In this document: in pieces, positions 22,201 to 37,200 of the stretch | Position numbering within the stretch: the stretch's first letter is position 1 | Layout: the number at the start of each line of letters is the position of its first letter | From: Yuukianura sp. NJ FZ-2021 | Taxonomy: Eukaryota | NCBI GenBank assembly: GCA_046563655.1 | Contig: CM102290.1 | Location: 11,160,001 to 11,224,000 of the forward strand | Direction: 5' to 3' | Length of the DNA: 64,000 nucleotides | Position numbers and translations under genes: made by a program | Notes under the pieces: generated by a model | Seen by the model: the letters and a program-made list of their open reading frames with translations, nothing else | The model's database searches: none | What the model was told of the DNA's origin: nothing

Positions 22201-25200
22201 CTCTTTCTAAATAGCATAATTCCAAATTCCAAAAAGTTAAAAGTTTAGTAGGAAAATCACTCTTTCTAAACAGCATAATTCCAAATTCCAAAAAGTTAAA
22301 AGTTTAGTAGGAAAATCACTCTTTCTAAATAGCATAATTCCAAATTCCAAAAAGTTAAAAGTTTAGTAGGAAAATCACTCTTTCTAAATAGCATAATTCC
22401 AAAAAGTTAAAAGTTTAGTAGGAAAATCACTCTTTCTAAACAGCATAATTCCAAATTCCAAAAAGTTAAAACTTTAGTAGGAAAATCACTCTTTCTAAAC
22501 AGCATAATTCCAAATTCCAAAAAGTTAAAAGTTTAGTAGGAAAATCACTCTTTCTAAATGACATAATTCCAAATTCCAAAAAGTTAAAAGTTTAGTAGGA
22601 AAATCACTCTTTCTAAATAGCATAATTCCAAATTCCAAAAAGTTAAAAGTTTAGTAGGAAAATCACTCCTTCTAAACAGCATAATTCCAAATTCCAAAAA
22701 GTTAAAAGTTTAGTAGGAAAATCACTCTTTCTAAATAGCATAATTCCAAATTCCAAAAAGTTAAAAGTTTAGTAGGAAAATCACTCTTTCTAAACAGCAT
22801 AATTCCAAATTCCAAAAAGTTAAAAGTTTAGTAGGAAAATCACTCTTTCTAAACAGCATAATTCCAAATTCCAAAAAGTTAAAAGTTTAGTAGGAAAATC
22901 ACTCTTTCTAAATAGCATAATTCCAAATTCCAAAAAGTTAAAAGTTTAGTAGGAAAATCACTCCTTCTAAACAGCATAATTCCAAATTCCAAAAAGTTAA
23001 AAGTTTAGTAGGAAAATCACTCTTTCTAAATAGCATAATTCCAAATTCCAAAAAGTTAAAAGTTTAGTAGGAAAATCACTCTTTCTAAATGACATAATTC
23101 CAAATTCCAAAAAGTTAAAAGTTTAGTAGGAAAATCACTCTTTCTAAATAGCATAATTCCAAATTCCAAAAAGTTAAAAGTTTAGTAGGAAAATCACTCC
23201 TTCTAAACAGCATAATTCCAAATTCCAAAAAGTTAAAAGTTTAGTAGGAAAATCACTCTTTCTAAATAGCATAATTCCAAATTCCAAAAAGTTAAAAGTT
23301 TAGTAGGAAAATCACTCTTTCTAAATAGCATAATTCCAAATTCCAAAAAGTTAAAAGTTTAGTAGGAAAATCACTCTTTCTAAATAGCATAATTCCAAAT
23401 TCCAAAAAGTTAAAAGTTTAGTAGGAAAATCACTCTTTCTAAATAGCATAATTCCAAATTCCAAAAAGTTAAAAGTTTAGTAGGAAAATCACTCTTTCTA
23501 AACAGCATAATTCCAAATTCCAAAAAGTTAAAAGTTTAGTAGGAAAATCACTCTTTCTAAATAGCATAATTCCAAATTCCAAAAAGTTAAAAGTTTAGTA
23601 GGAAAATCACTCTTTCTAAATAGCATAATTCCAAATTCCAAAAAGTTAAAAGTTTAGTAGGAAAATCACTCTTTCTAAATAGCATAATTCCAAATTCCAA
23701 AAAGTTAAAAGTTTAGTAGGAAAATCACTCTTTCTAAACAGCATAATTCCAAATTCCAAAAAGTTAAAAGTTTAGTAGGAAAATCACTCTTTCTAAACAG
23801 CATAATTCCAAATTCCAAAAAGTTAAAAGTTTAGTAGGAAAATCACTCTTTCTAAATGACATAATTCCAAATTCCAAAAAGTTAAAAGTTTAGTAGGAAA
23901 ATCACTCTTTCTAAATAGCATAATTCCAAATTCCAAAAAGTTAAAAGTTTAGTAGGAAAATCACTCTTTCTAAACAGCATAATTCCAAATTCCAAAAAGT
24001 TAAAAGTTTAGTAGGAAAATCACTCTTTCTAAATAGCATAATTCCAAATTCCAAAAAGTTAAAAGTTTAGTAGGAAAATCACTCTTTCTAAACAGCATAA
24101 TTCCAAATTCCAAAAAGTTAAAAGTTTAGTAGGAAAATCACTCTTTCTAAACAGCATAATTCCAAATTCCAAAAAGTTAAAAGTTTAGTAGGAAAATCAC
24201 TCTTTCTAAATAGCATAATTCCAAATTCCAAAAAGTTAAAAGTTTAGTAGGAAAATCACTCTTTCTAAACAGCATAATTCCAAATTCCAAAAAGTTAAAA
24301 GTTTAGTAGGAAAATCACTCTTTCTAAATAGCATAATTCCAAATTCCAAAAAGTTAAAAGTTTAGTAGGAAAATCACTCTTTCTAAATAGCATAATTCCA
24401 AATTCCAAAAAGTTAAAAGTTTAGTAGGAAAATCACTCTTTCTAAATAGCATAATTCCAAATTCCAAAAAGTTAAAAGTTTAGTAGGAAAATCACTCTTT
24501 CTAAATAGCATAATTCCAAATTCCAAAAAGTTAAAAGTTTAGTAGGAAAATCACTCTTTCTAAATAGCATAATTCCAAATTCCAAAAAGTTAAAAGTTTA
24601 GTAGGAAAATCACTCTTTCTAAACAGCATAATTCCAAATTCCAAAAAGTTAAAAGTTTAGTAGGAAAATCACTCTTTCTAAATAGCATAATTCCAAATTC
24701 CAAAAAGTTAAAAGTTTAGTAGGAAAATCACTCTTTCTAAATAGCATAATTCCAAATTCCAAAAAGTTAAAAGTTTAGTAGGAAAATCACTCTTTCTAAA
24801 CAGCATAATTCCAAATTCCAAAAAGTTAAAAGTTTAGTAGGAAAATCACTCTTTCTAAACAGCATAATTCCAAATTCCAAAAAGTTAAAAGTTTAGTAGG
24901 AAAATCACTCTTTCTAAACAGCATAATTCCAAATTCCAAAAAGTTAAAAGTTTAGTAGGAAAATCACTCTTTCTAAACAGCATAATTCCAAATTCCAAAA
25001 AGTTAAAAGTTTAGTAGGAAAATCACTCTTTCTAAATAGCATAATTCCAAATTCCAAAAAGTTAAAAGTTTAGTAGGAAAATCACTCTTTCTAAATAGCA
25101 TAATTCCAAATTCCAAAAAGTTAAAAGTTTAGTAGGAAAATCACTCTTTCTAAACAGCATAATTCCAAATTCCAAAAAGTTAAAAGTTTAGTAGGAAAAT

Positions 25201-28200
25201 CACTCTTTCTAAATAGCATAATTCCAAATTCCAAAAAGTTAAAAGTTTAGTAGGAAAATCACTCTTTCTAAACAGCATAATTCCAAATTCCAAAAAGTTA
25301 AAAGTTTAGTAGGAAAATCACTCTTTCTAAATAGCATAATTCCAAATTCCAAAAAGTTAAAAGTTTAGTAGGAAAATCACTCTTTCTAAATAGCATAATT
25401 CCAAATTCCAAAAAGTTAAAAGTTTAGTAGGAAAATCACTCTTTCTAAATAGCATAATTCCAAATTCCAAAAAGTTAAAAGTTTAGTAGGAAAATCACTC
25501 TTTCTAAATAGCATAATTCCAAATTCCAAAAAGTTAAAAGTTTAGTAGGAAAATCACTCTTTCTAAATAGCATAATTCCAAATTCCAAAAAGTTAAAAGT
25601 TTAGTAGGAAAATCACTCTTTCTAAATAGCATAATTCCAAATTCCAAAAAGTTAAAAGTTTAGTAGGAAAATCACTCTTTCTAAATAGCATAATTCCAAA
25701 TTCCAAAAAGTTAAAAGTTTAGTAGGAAAATCACTCTTTCTAAATAGCATAATTCCAAATTCCAAAAAGTTAAAAGTTTAGTAGGAAAATCACTCTTTCT
25801 AAATAGCATAATTCCAAATTCCAAAAAGTTAAAAGTTTAGTAGGAAAATCACTCTTTCTAAATAGCATAATTCCAAATTCCAAAAAGTTAAAAGTTTAGT
25901 AGGAAAATCACTCTTTCTAAATAGCATAATTCCAAATTCCAAAAAGTTAAAAGTTTAGTAGGAAAATCACTCTTTCTAAATAGCATAATTCCAAATTCCA
26001 AAAAGTTAAAAGTTTAGTAGGAAAATCACTCTTTCTAAATAGCATAATTCCAAATTCCAAAAAGTTAAAAGTTTAGTAGGAAAATCACTCTTTCTAAACA
26101 GCATAATTCCAAATTCCAAAAAGTTAAAAGTTTAGTAGGAAAATCACTCTTTCTAAATAGCATAATTCCAAATTCCAAAAAGTTAAAAGTTTAGTAGGAA
26201 AATCACTCTTTCTAAATAGCATAATTCCAAATTCCAAAAAGTTAAAAGTTTAGTAGGAAAATCACTCTTTCTAAACAGCATAATTCCAAATTCCAAAAAG
26301 TTAAAAGTTTAGTAGGAAAATCACTCTTTCTAAATAGCATAATTCCAAATTCCAAAAAGTTAAAAGTTTAGTAGGAAAATCACTCTTTCTAAATAGCATA
26401 ATTCCAAATTCCAAAAAGTTAAAAGTTTAGTAGGAAAATCACTCTTTCTAAACAGCATAATTCCAAATTCCAAAAAGTTAAAAGTTTAGTAGGAAAATCA
26501 CTCTTTCTAAATAGCATAATTCCAAATTCCAAAAAGTTAAAAGTTTAGTAGGAAAATCACTCTTTCTAAATAGCATAATTCCAAATTCCAAAAAGTTAAA
26601 AGTTTAGTAGGAAAATCACTCTTTCTAAATAGCATAATTCCAAATTCCAAAAAGTTAAAAGTTTAGTAGGAAAATCACTCTTTCTAAATAGCATAATTCC
26701 AAATTCCAAAAAGTTAAAAGTTTAGTAGGAAAATCACTCTTTCTAAATAGCATAATTCCAAATTCCAAAAAGTTAAAAGTTTAGTAGGAAAATCACTCTT
26801 TCTAAATAGCATAATTCCAAATTCCAAAAAGTTAAAAGTTTAGTAGGAAAATCACTCTTTCTAAATAGCATAATTCCAAATTCCAAAAAGTTAAAAGTTT
26901 AGTAGGAAAATCACTCTTTCTAAATAGCATAATTCCAAATTCCAAAAAGTTAAAAGTTTAGTAGGAAAATCACTCTTTCTAAATAGCATAATTCCAAATT
27001 CCAAAAAGTTAAAAGTTTAGTAGGAAAATCACTCTTTCTAAATAGCATAATTCCAAATTCCAAAAAGTTAAAAGTTTAGTAGGAAAATCACTCTTTCTAA
27101 ATAGCATAATTCCAAATTCCAAAAAGTTAAAAGTTTAGTAGGAAAATCACTCTTTCTAAATAGCATAATTCCAAATTCCAAAAAGTTAAAAGTTTAGTAG
27201 GAAAATCACTCTTTCTAAATAGCATAATTCCAAATTCCAAAAAGTTAAAAGTTTAGTAGGAAAATCACTCTTTCTAAATAGCATAATTCCAAATTCCAAA
27301 AAGTTAAAAGTTTAGTAGGAAAATCACTCTTTCTAAATAGCATAATTCCAAATTCCAAAAAGTTAAAAGTTTAGTAGGAAAATCACTCTTTCTAAATAGC
27401 ATAATTCCAAATTCCAAAAAGTTAAAAGTTTAGTAGGAAAATCACTCTTTCTAAATAGCATAATTCCAAATTCCAAAAAGTTAAAAGTTTAGTAGGAAAA
27501 TCACTCTTTCTAAATAGCATAATTCCAAATTCCAAAAAGTTAAAAGTTTAGTAGGAAAATCACTCTTTCTAAATAGCATAATTCCAAATTCCAAAAAGTT
27601 AAAAGTTTAGTAGGAAAATCACTCTTTCTAAATAGCATAATTCCAAATTCCAAAAAGTTAAAAGTTTAGTAGGAAAATCACTCTTTCTAAATAGCATAAT
27701 TCCAAATTCCAAAAAGTTAAAAGTTTAGTAGGAAAATCACTCTTTCTAAATAGCATAATTCCAAATTCCAAAAAGTTAAAAGTTTAGTAGGAAAATCACT
27801 CTTTCTAAATAGCATAATTCCAAATTCCAAAAAGTTAAAAGTTTAGTAGGAAAATCACTCTTTCTAAATAGCATAATTCCAAATTCCAAAAAGTTAAAAG
27901 TTTAGTAGGAAAATCACTCTTTCTAAATAGCATAATTCCAAATTCCAAAAAGTTAAAAGTTTAGTAGGAAAATCACTCTTTCTAAATAGCATAATTCCAA
28001 ATTCCAAAAAGTTAAAAGTTTAGTAGGAAAATCACTCTTTCTAAATAGCATAATTCCAAATTCCAAAAAGTTAAAAGTTTAGTAGGAAAATCACTCTTTC
28101 TAAACAGCATAATTCCAAATTCCAAAAAGTTAAAAGTTTAGTAGGAAAATCACTCTTTCTAAATAGCATAATTCCAAATTCCAAAAAGTTAAAAGTTTAG

Positions 28201-31200
28201 TAGGAAAATCACTCTTTCTAAATAGCATAATTCCAAATTCCAAAAAGTTAAAAGTTTAGTAGGAAAATCACTCTTTCTAAATAGCATAATTCCAAATTCC
28301 AAAAAGTTAAAAGTTTAGTAGGAAAATCACTCTTTCTAAATAGCATAATTCCAAATTCCAAAAAGTTAAAAGTTTAGTAGGAAAATCACTCTTTCTAAAT
28401 AGCATAATTCCAAATTCCAAAAAGTTAAAAGTTTAGTAGGAAAATCACTCTTTCTAAATAGCATAATTCCAAATTCCAAAAAGTTAAAAGTTTAGTAGGA
28501 AAATCACTCTTTCTAAACAGCATAATTCCAAATTCCAAAAAGTTAAAAGTTTAGTAGGAAAATCACTCTTTCTAAATAGCATAATTCCAAATTCCAAAAA
28601 GTTAAAAGTTTAGTAGGAAAATCACTCTTTCTAAATAGCATAATTCCAAATTCCAAAAAGTTAAAAGTTTAGTAGGAAAATCACTCTTTCTAAACAGCAT
28701 AATTCCAAATTCCAAAAAGTTAAAAGTTTAGTAGGAAAATCACTCTTTCTAAATAGCATAATTCCAAATTCCAAAAAGTTAAAAGTTTAGTAGGAAAATC
28801 ACTCTTTCTAAACAGCATAATTCCAAATTCCAAAAAGTTAAAAGTTTAGTAGGAAAATCACTCTTTCTAAATAGCATAATTCCAAATTCCAAAAAGTTAA
28901 AAGTTTAGTAGGAAAATCACTCTTTCTAAATAGCATAATTCCAAATTCCAAAAAGTTAAAAGTTTAGTAGGAAAATCACTCTTTCTAAATAGCATAATTC
29001 CAAATTCCAAAAAGTTAAAAGTTTAGTAGGAAAATCACTCTTTCTAAATAGCATAATTCCAAATTCCAAAAAGTTAAAAGTTTAGTAGGAAAATCACTCT
29101 TTCTAAACAGCATAATTCCAAATTCCAAAAAGTTAAAAGTTTAGTAGGAAAATCACTCTTTCTAAACAGCATAATTCCAAATTCCAAAAAGTTAAAAGTT
29201 TAGTAGGAAAATCACTCTTTCTAAACAGCATAATTCCAAATTCCAAAAAGTTAAAAGTTTAGTAGGAAAATCACTCTTTCTAAACAGCATAATTCCAAAT
29301 TCCAAAAAGTTAAAAGTTTAGTAGGAAAATCACTCTTTCTAAATAGCATAATTCCAAATTCCAAAAAGTTAAAAGTTTAGTAGGAAAATCACTCTTTCTA
29401 AATAGCATAATTCCAAATTCCAAAAAGTTAAAAGTTTAGTAGGAAAATCACTCTTTCTAAATAGCATAATTCCAAATTCCAAAAAGTTAAAAGTTTAGTA
29501 GGAAAATCACTCTTTCTAAATAGCATAATTCCAAATTCCAAAAAGTTAAAAGTTTAGTAGGAAAATCACTCTTTCTAAATAGCATAATTCCAAATTCCAA
29601 AAAGTTAAAAGTTTAGTAGGAAAATCACTCTTTCTAAATAGCATAATTCCAAATTCCAAAAAGTTAAAAGTTTAGTAGGAAAATCACTCTTTCTAAATAG
29701 CATAATTCCAAATTCCAAAAAGTTAAAAGTTTAGTAGGAAAATCACTCTTTCTAAACAGCATAATTCCAAATTCCAAAAAGTTAAAAGTTTAGTAGGAAA
29801 ATCACTCTTTCTAAACAGCATAATTCCAAATTCCAAAAAGTTAAAAGTTTAGTAGGAAAATCACTCTTTCTAAACAGCATAATTCCAAATTCCAAAAAGT
29901 TAAAAGTTTAGTAGGAAAATCACTCTTTCTAAATAGCATAATTCCAAATTCCAAAAAGTTAAAAGTTTAGTAGGAAAATCACTCTTTCTAAACAGCATAA
30001 TTCCAAATTCCAAAAAGTTAAAAGTTTAGTAGGAAAATCACTCTTTCTAAATAGCATAATTCCAAATTCCAAAAAGTTAAAAGTTTAGTAGGAAAATCAC
30101 TCTTTCTAAACAGCATAATTCCAAATTCCAAAAAGTTAAAAGTTTAGTAGGAAAATCACTCTTTCTAAATAGCATAATTCCAAATTCCAAAAAGTTAAAA
30201 GTTTAGTAGGAAAATCACTCTTTCTAAATAGCATAATTCCAAATTCCAAAAAGTTAAAAGTTTAGTAGGAAAATCACTCTTTCTAAATAGCATAATTCCA
30301 AATTCCAAAAAGTTAAAAGTTTAGTAGGAAAATCACTCTTTCTAAATAGCATAATTCCAAATTCCAAAAAGTTAAAAGTTTAGTAGGAAAATCACTCTTT
30401 CTAAATAGCATAATTCCAAATTCCAAAAAGTTAAAAGTTTAGTAGGAAAATCACTCTTTCTAAATAGCATAATTCCAAATTCCAAAAAGTTAAAAGTTTA
30501 GTAGGAAAATCACTCTTTCTAAATAGCATAATTCCAAATTCCAAAAAGTTAAAAGTTTAGTAGGAAAATCACTCTTTCTAAATAGCATAATTCCAAATTC
30601 CAAAAAGTTAAAAGTTTAGTAGGAAAATCACTCTTTCTAAATAGCATAATTCCAAATTCCAAAAAGTTAAAAGTTTAGTAGGAAAATCACTCTTTCTAAA
30701 TAGCATAATTCCAAATTCCAAAAAGTTAAAAGTTTAGTAGGAAAATCACTCTTTCTAAATAGCATAATTCCAAATTCCAAAAAGTTAAAAGTTTAGTAGG
30801 AAAATCACTCTTTCTAAATAGCATAATTCCAAATTCCAAAAAGTTAAAAGTTTAGTAGGAAAATCACTCTTTCTAAATAGCATAATTCCAAATTCCAAAA
30901 AGTTAAAAGTTTAGTAGGAAAATCACTCTTTCTAAATAGCATAATTCCAAATTCCAAAAAGTTAAAAGTTTAGTAGGAAAATCACTCTTTCTAAACAGCA
31001 TAATTCCAAATTCCAAAAAGTTAAAAGTTTAGTAGGAAAATCACTCTTTCTAAATAGCATAATTCCAAATTCCAAAAAGTTAAAAGTTTAGTAGGAAAAT
31101 CACTCTTTCTAAACAGCATAATTCCAAATTCCAAAAAGTTAAAAGTTTAGTAGGAAAATCACTCTTTCTAAATAGCATAATTCCAAATTCCAAAAAGTTA

Positions 31201-34200
31201 AAAGTTTAGTAGGAAAATCACTCTTTCTAAATAGCATAATTCCAAATTCCAAAAAGTTAAAAGTTTAGTAGGAAAATCACTCTTTCTAAATAGCATAATT
31301 CCAAATTCCAAAAAGTTAAAAGTTTAGTAGGAAAATCACTCTTTCTAAATAGCATAATTCCAAATTCCAAAAAGTTAAAAGTTTAGTAGGAAAATCACTC
31401 TTTCTAAATAGCATAATTCCAAATTCCAAAAAGTTAAAAGTTTAGTAGGAAAATCACTCTTTCTAAATAGCATAATTCCAAATTCCAAAAAGTTAAAAGT
31501 TTAGTAGGAAAATCACTCTTTCTAAATAGCATAATTCCAAATTCCAAAAAGTTAAAAGTTTAGTAGGAAAATCACTCTTTCTAAATAGCATAATTCCAAA
31601 TTCCAAAAAGTTAAAAGTTTAGTAGGAAAATCACTCTTTCTAAACAGCATAATTCCAAATTCCAAAAAGTTAAAAGTTTAGTAGGAAAATCACTCTTTCT
31701 AAATAGCATAATTCCAAATTCCAAAAAGTTAAAAGTTTAGTAGGAAAATCACTCTTTCTAAATAGCATAATTCCAAATTCCAAAAAGTTAAAAGTTTAGT
31801 AGGAAAATCACTCTTTCTAAACAGCATAATTCCAAATTCCAAAAAGTTAAAAGTTTAGTAGGAAAATCACTCTTTCTAAATAGCATAATTCCAAATTCCA
31901 AAAAGTTAAAAGTTTAGTAGGAAAATCACTCTTTCTAAATAGCATAATTCCAAATTCCAAAAAGTTAAAAGTTTAGTAGGAAAATCACTCTTTCTAAATA
32001 GCATAATTCCAAATTCCAAAAAGTTAAAAGTTTAGTAGGAAAATCACTCTTTCTAAATAGCATAATTCCAAATTCCAAAAAGTTAAAAGTTTAGTAGGAA
32101 AATCACTCTTTCTAAACAGCATAATTCCAAATTCCAAAAAGTTAAAAGTTTAGTAGGAAAATCACTCTTTCTAAATAGCATAATTCCAAATTCCAAAAAG
32201 TTAAAAGTTTAGTAGGAAAATCACTCTTTCTAAATAGCATAATTCCAAATTCCAAAAAGTTAAAAGTTTAGTAGGAAAATCACTCTTTCTAAATAGCATA
32301 ATTCCAAATTCCAAAAAGTTAAAAGTTTAGTAGGAAAATCACTCTTTCTAAATAGCATAATTCCAAATTCCAAAAAGTTAAAAGTTTAGTAGGAAAATCA
32401 CTCTTTCTAAATAGCATAATTCCAAATTCCAAAAAGTTAAAAGTTTAGTAGGAAAATCACTCTTTCTAAACAGCATAATTCCAAATTCCAAAAAGTTAAA
32501 AGTTTAGTAGGAAAATCACTCTTTCTAAATAGCATAATTCCAAATTCCAAAAAGTTAAAAGTTTAGTAGGAAAATCACTCTTTCTAAATAGCATAATTCC
32601 AAATTCCAAAAAGTTAAAAGTTTAGTAGGAAAATCACTCTTTCTAAACAGCATAATTCCAAATTCCAAAAAGTTAAAAGTTTAGTAGGAAAATCACTCTT
32701 TCTAAATAGCATAATTCCAAATTCCAAAAAGTTAAAAGTTTAGTAGGAAAATCACTCTTTCTAAATAGCATAATTCCAAATTCCAAAAAGTTAAAAGTTT
32801 AGTAGGAAAATCACTCTTTCTAAATAGCATAATTCCAAATTCCAAAAAGTTAAAAGTTTAGTAGGAAAATCACTCTTTCTAAATAGCATAATTCCAAATT
32901 CCAAAAAGTTAAAAGTTTAGTAGGAAAATCACTCTTTCTAAATAGCATAATTCCAAATTCCAAAAAGTTAAAAGTTTAGTAGGAAAATCACTCTTTCTAA
33001 ATAGCATAATTCCAAATTCCAAAAAGTTAAAAGTTTAGTAGGAAAATCACTCTTTCTAAATAGCATAATTCCAAATTCCAAAAAGTTAAAAGTTTAGTAG
33101 GAAAATCACTCTTTCTAAATAGCATAATTCCAAATTCCAAAAAGTTAAAAGTTTAGTAGGAAAATCACTCTTTCTAAATAGCATAATTCCAAATTCCAAA
33201 AAGTTAAAAGTTTAGTAGGAAAATCACTCTTTCTAAATAGCATAATTCCAAATTCCAAAAAGTTAAAAGTTTAGTAGGAAAATCACTCTTTCTAAATAGC
33301 ATAATTCCAAATTCCAAAAAGTTAAAAGTTTAGTAGGAAAATCACTCTTTCTAAATAGCATAATTCCAAATTCCAAAAAGTTAAAAGTTTAGTAGGAAAA
33401 TCACTCTTTCTAAATAGCATAATTCCAAATTCCAAAAAGTTAAAAGTTTAGTAGGAAAATCACTCTTTCTAAATAGCATAATTCCAAATTCCAAAAAGTT
33501 AAAAGTTTAGTAGGAAAATCACTCTTTCTAAATAGCATAATTCCAAATTCCAAAAAGTTAAAAGTTTAGTAGGAAAATCACTCTTTCTAAATAGCATAAT
33601 TCCAAATTCCAAAAAGTTAAAAGTTTAGTAGGAAAATCACTCTTTCTAAACAGCATAATTCCAAATTCCAAAAAGTTAAAAGTTTAGTAGGAAAATCACT
33701 CTTTCTAAATAGCATAATTCCAAATTCCAAAAAGTTAAAAGTTTAGTAGGAAAATCACTCTTTCTAAATAGCATAATTCCAAATTCCAAAAAGTTAAAAG
33801 TTTAGTAGGAAAATCACTCTTTCTAAACAGCATAATTCCAAATTCCAAAAAGTTAAAAGTTTAGTAGGAAAATCACTCTTTCTAAATAGCATAATTCCAA
33901 ATTCCAAAAAGTTAAAAGTTTAGTAGGAAAATCACTCTTTCTAAATAGCATAATTCCAAATTCCAAAAAGTTAAAAGTTTAGTAGGAAAATCACTCTTTC
34001 TAAATAGCATAATTCCAAATTCCAAAAAGTTAAAAGTTTAGTAGGAAAATCACTCTTTCTAAATAGCATAATTCCAAATTCCAAAAAGTTAAAAGTTTAG
34101 TAGGAAAATCACTCTTTCTAAACAGCATAATTCCAAATTCCAAAAAGTTAAAAGTTTAGTAGGAAAATCACTCTTTCTAAATAGCATAATTCCAAATTCC

Positions 34201-37200
34201 AAAAAGTTAAAAGTTTAGTAGGAAAATCACTCTTTCTAAATAGCATAATTCCAAATTCCAAAAAGTTAAAAGTTTAGTAGGAAAATCACTCTTTCTAAAC
34301 AGCATAATTCCAAATTCCAAAAAGTTAAAAGTTTAGTAGGAAAATCACTCTTTCTAAATAGCATAATTCCAAATTCCAAAAAGTTAAAAGTTTAGTAGGA
34401 AAATCACTCTTTCTAAACAGCATAATTCCAAATTCCAAAAAGTTAAAAGTTTAGTAGGAAAATCACTCTTTCTAAATAGCATAATTCCAAATTCCAAAAA
34501 GTTAAAAGTTTAGTAGGAAAATCACTCTTTCTAAATAGCATAATTCCAAATTCCAAAAAGTTAAAAGTTTAGTAGGAAAATCACTCTTTCTAAATAGCAT
34601 AATTCCAAATTCCAAAAAGTTAAAAGTTTAGTAGGAAAATCACTCTTTCTAAATAGCATAATTCCAAATTCCAAAAAGTTAAAAGTTTAGTAGGAAAATC
34701 ACTCTTTCTAAATAGCATAATTCCAAATTCCAAAAAGTTAAAAGTTTAGTAGGAAAATCACTCTTTCTAAACAGCATAATTCCAAATTCCAAAAAGTTAA
34801 AAGTTTAGTAGGAAAATCACTCTTTCTAAATAGCATAATTCCAAATTCCAAAAAGTTAAAAGTTTAGTAGGAAAATCACTCTTTCTAAATAGCATAATTC
34901 CAAATTCCAAAAAGTTAAAAGTTTAGTAGGAAAATCACTCTTTCTAAACAGCATAATTCCAAATTCCAAAAAGTTAAAAGTTTAGTAGGAAAATCACTCT
35001 TTCTAAATAGCATAATTCCAAATTCCAAAAAGTTAAAAGTTTAGTAGGAAAATCACTCTTTCTAAATAGCATAATTCCAAATTCCAAAAAGTTAAAAGTT
35101 TAGTAGGAAAATCACTCTTTCTAAATAGCATAATTCCAAATTCCAAAAAGTTAAAAGTTTAGTAGGAAAATCACTCTTTCTAAATAGCATAATTCCAAAT
35201 TCCAAAAAGTTAAAAGTTTAGTAGGAAAATCACTCTTTCTAAACAGCATAATTCCAAATTCCAAAAAGTTAAAAGTTTAGTAGGAAAATCACTCTTTCTA
35301 AATAGCATAATTCCAAATTCCAAAAAGTTAAAAGTTTAGTAGGAAAATCACTCTTTCTAAATAGCATAATTCCAAATTCCAAAAAGTTAAAAGTTTAGTA
35401 GGAAAATCACTCTTTCTAAATAGCATAATTCCAAATTCCAAAAAGTTAAAAGTTTAGTAGGAAAATCACTCTTTCTAAATAGCATAATTCCAAATTCCAA
35501 AAAGTTAAAAGTTTAGTAGGAAAATCACTCTTTCTAAATAGCATAATTCCAAATTCCAAAAAGTTAAAAGTTTAGTAGGAAAATCACTCTTTCTAAACAG
35601 CATAATTCCAAATTCCAAAAAGTTAAAAGTTTAGTAGGAAAATCACTCTTTCTAAACAGCATAATTCCAAATTCCAAAAAGTTAAAAGTTTAGTAGGAAA
35701 ATCACTCTTTCTAAATAGCATAATTCCAAATTCCAAAAAGTTAAAAGTTTAGTAGGAAAATCACTCTTTCTAAACAGCATAATTCCAAATTCCAAAAAGT
35801 TAAAAGTTTAGTAGGAAAATCACTCTTTCTAAACAGCATAATTCCAAATTCCAAAAAGTTAAAAGTTTAGTAGGAAAATCACTCTTTCTAAATAGCATAA
35901 TTCCAAATTCCAAAAAGTTAAAAGTTTAGTAGGAAAATCACTCTTTCTAAATAGCATAATTCCAAATTCCAAAAAGTTAAAAGTTTAGTAGGAAAATCAC
36001 TCTTTCTAAATAGCATAATTCCAAATTCCAAAAAGTTAAAAGTTTAGTAGGAAAATCACTCTTTCTAAATAGCATAATTCCAAATTCCAAAAAGTTAAAA
36101 GTTTAGTAGGAAAATCACTCTTTCTAAACAGCATAATTCCAAATTCCAAAAAGTTAAAAGTTTAGTAGGAAAATCACTCTTTCTAAATAGCATAATTCCA
36201 AATTCCAAAAAGTTAAAAGTTTAGTAGGAAAATCACTCTTTCTAAATAGCATAATTCCAAATTCCAAAAAGTTAAAAGTTTAGTAGGAAAATCACTCTTT
36301 CTAAATAGCATAATTCCAAATTCCAAAAAGTTAAAAGTTTAGTAGGAAAATCACTCTTTCTAAATAGCATAATTCCAAATTCCAAAAAGTTAAAAGTTTA
36401 GTAGGAAAATCACTCTTTCTAAATAGCATAATTCCAAATTCCAAAAAGTTAAAAGTTTAGTAGGAAAATCACTCTTTCTAAATAGCATAATTCCAAATTC
36501 CAAAAAGTTAAAAGTTTAGTAGGAAAATCACTCTTTCTAAACAGCATAATTCCAAATTCCAAAAAGTTAAAAGTTTAGTAGGAAAATCACTCTTTCTAAA
36601 TAGCATAATTCCAAATTCCAAAAAGTTAAAAGTTTAGTAGGAAAATCACTCTTTCTAAATAGCATAATTCCAAATTCCAAAAAGTTAAAAGTTTAGTAGG
36701 AAAATCACTCTTTCTAAACAGCATAATTCCAAATTCCAAAAAGTTAAAAGTTTAGTAGGAAAATCACTCTTTCTAAATAGCATAATTCCAAATTCCAAAA
36801 AGTTAAAAGTTTAGTAGGAAAATCACTCTTTCTAAATAGCATAATTCCAAATTCCAAAAAGTTAAAAGTTTAGTAGGAAAATCACTCTTTCTAAATAGCA
36901 TAATTCCAAATTCCAAAAAGTTAAAAGTTTAGTAGGAAAATCACTCTTTCTAAACAGCATAATTCCAAATTCCAAAAAGTTAAAAGTTTAGTAGGAAAAT
37001 CACTCTTTCTAAATAGCATAATTCCAAATTCCAAAAAGTTAAAAGTTTAGTAGGAAAATCACTCTTTCTAAACAGCATAATTCCAAATTCCAAAAAGTTA
37101 AAAGTTTAGTAGGAAAATCACTCTTTCTAAATAGCATAATTCCAAATTCCAAAAAGTTAAAAGTTTAGTAGGAAAATCACTCTTTCTAAATAGCATAATT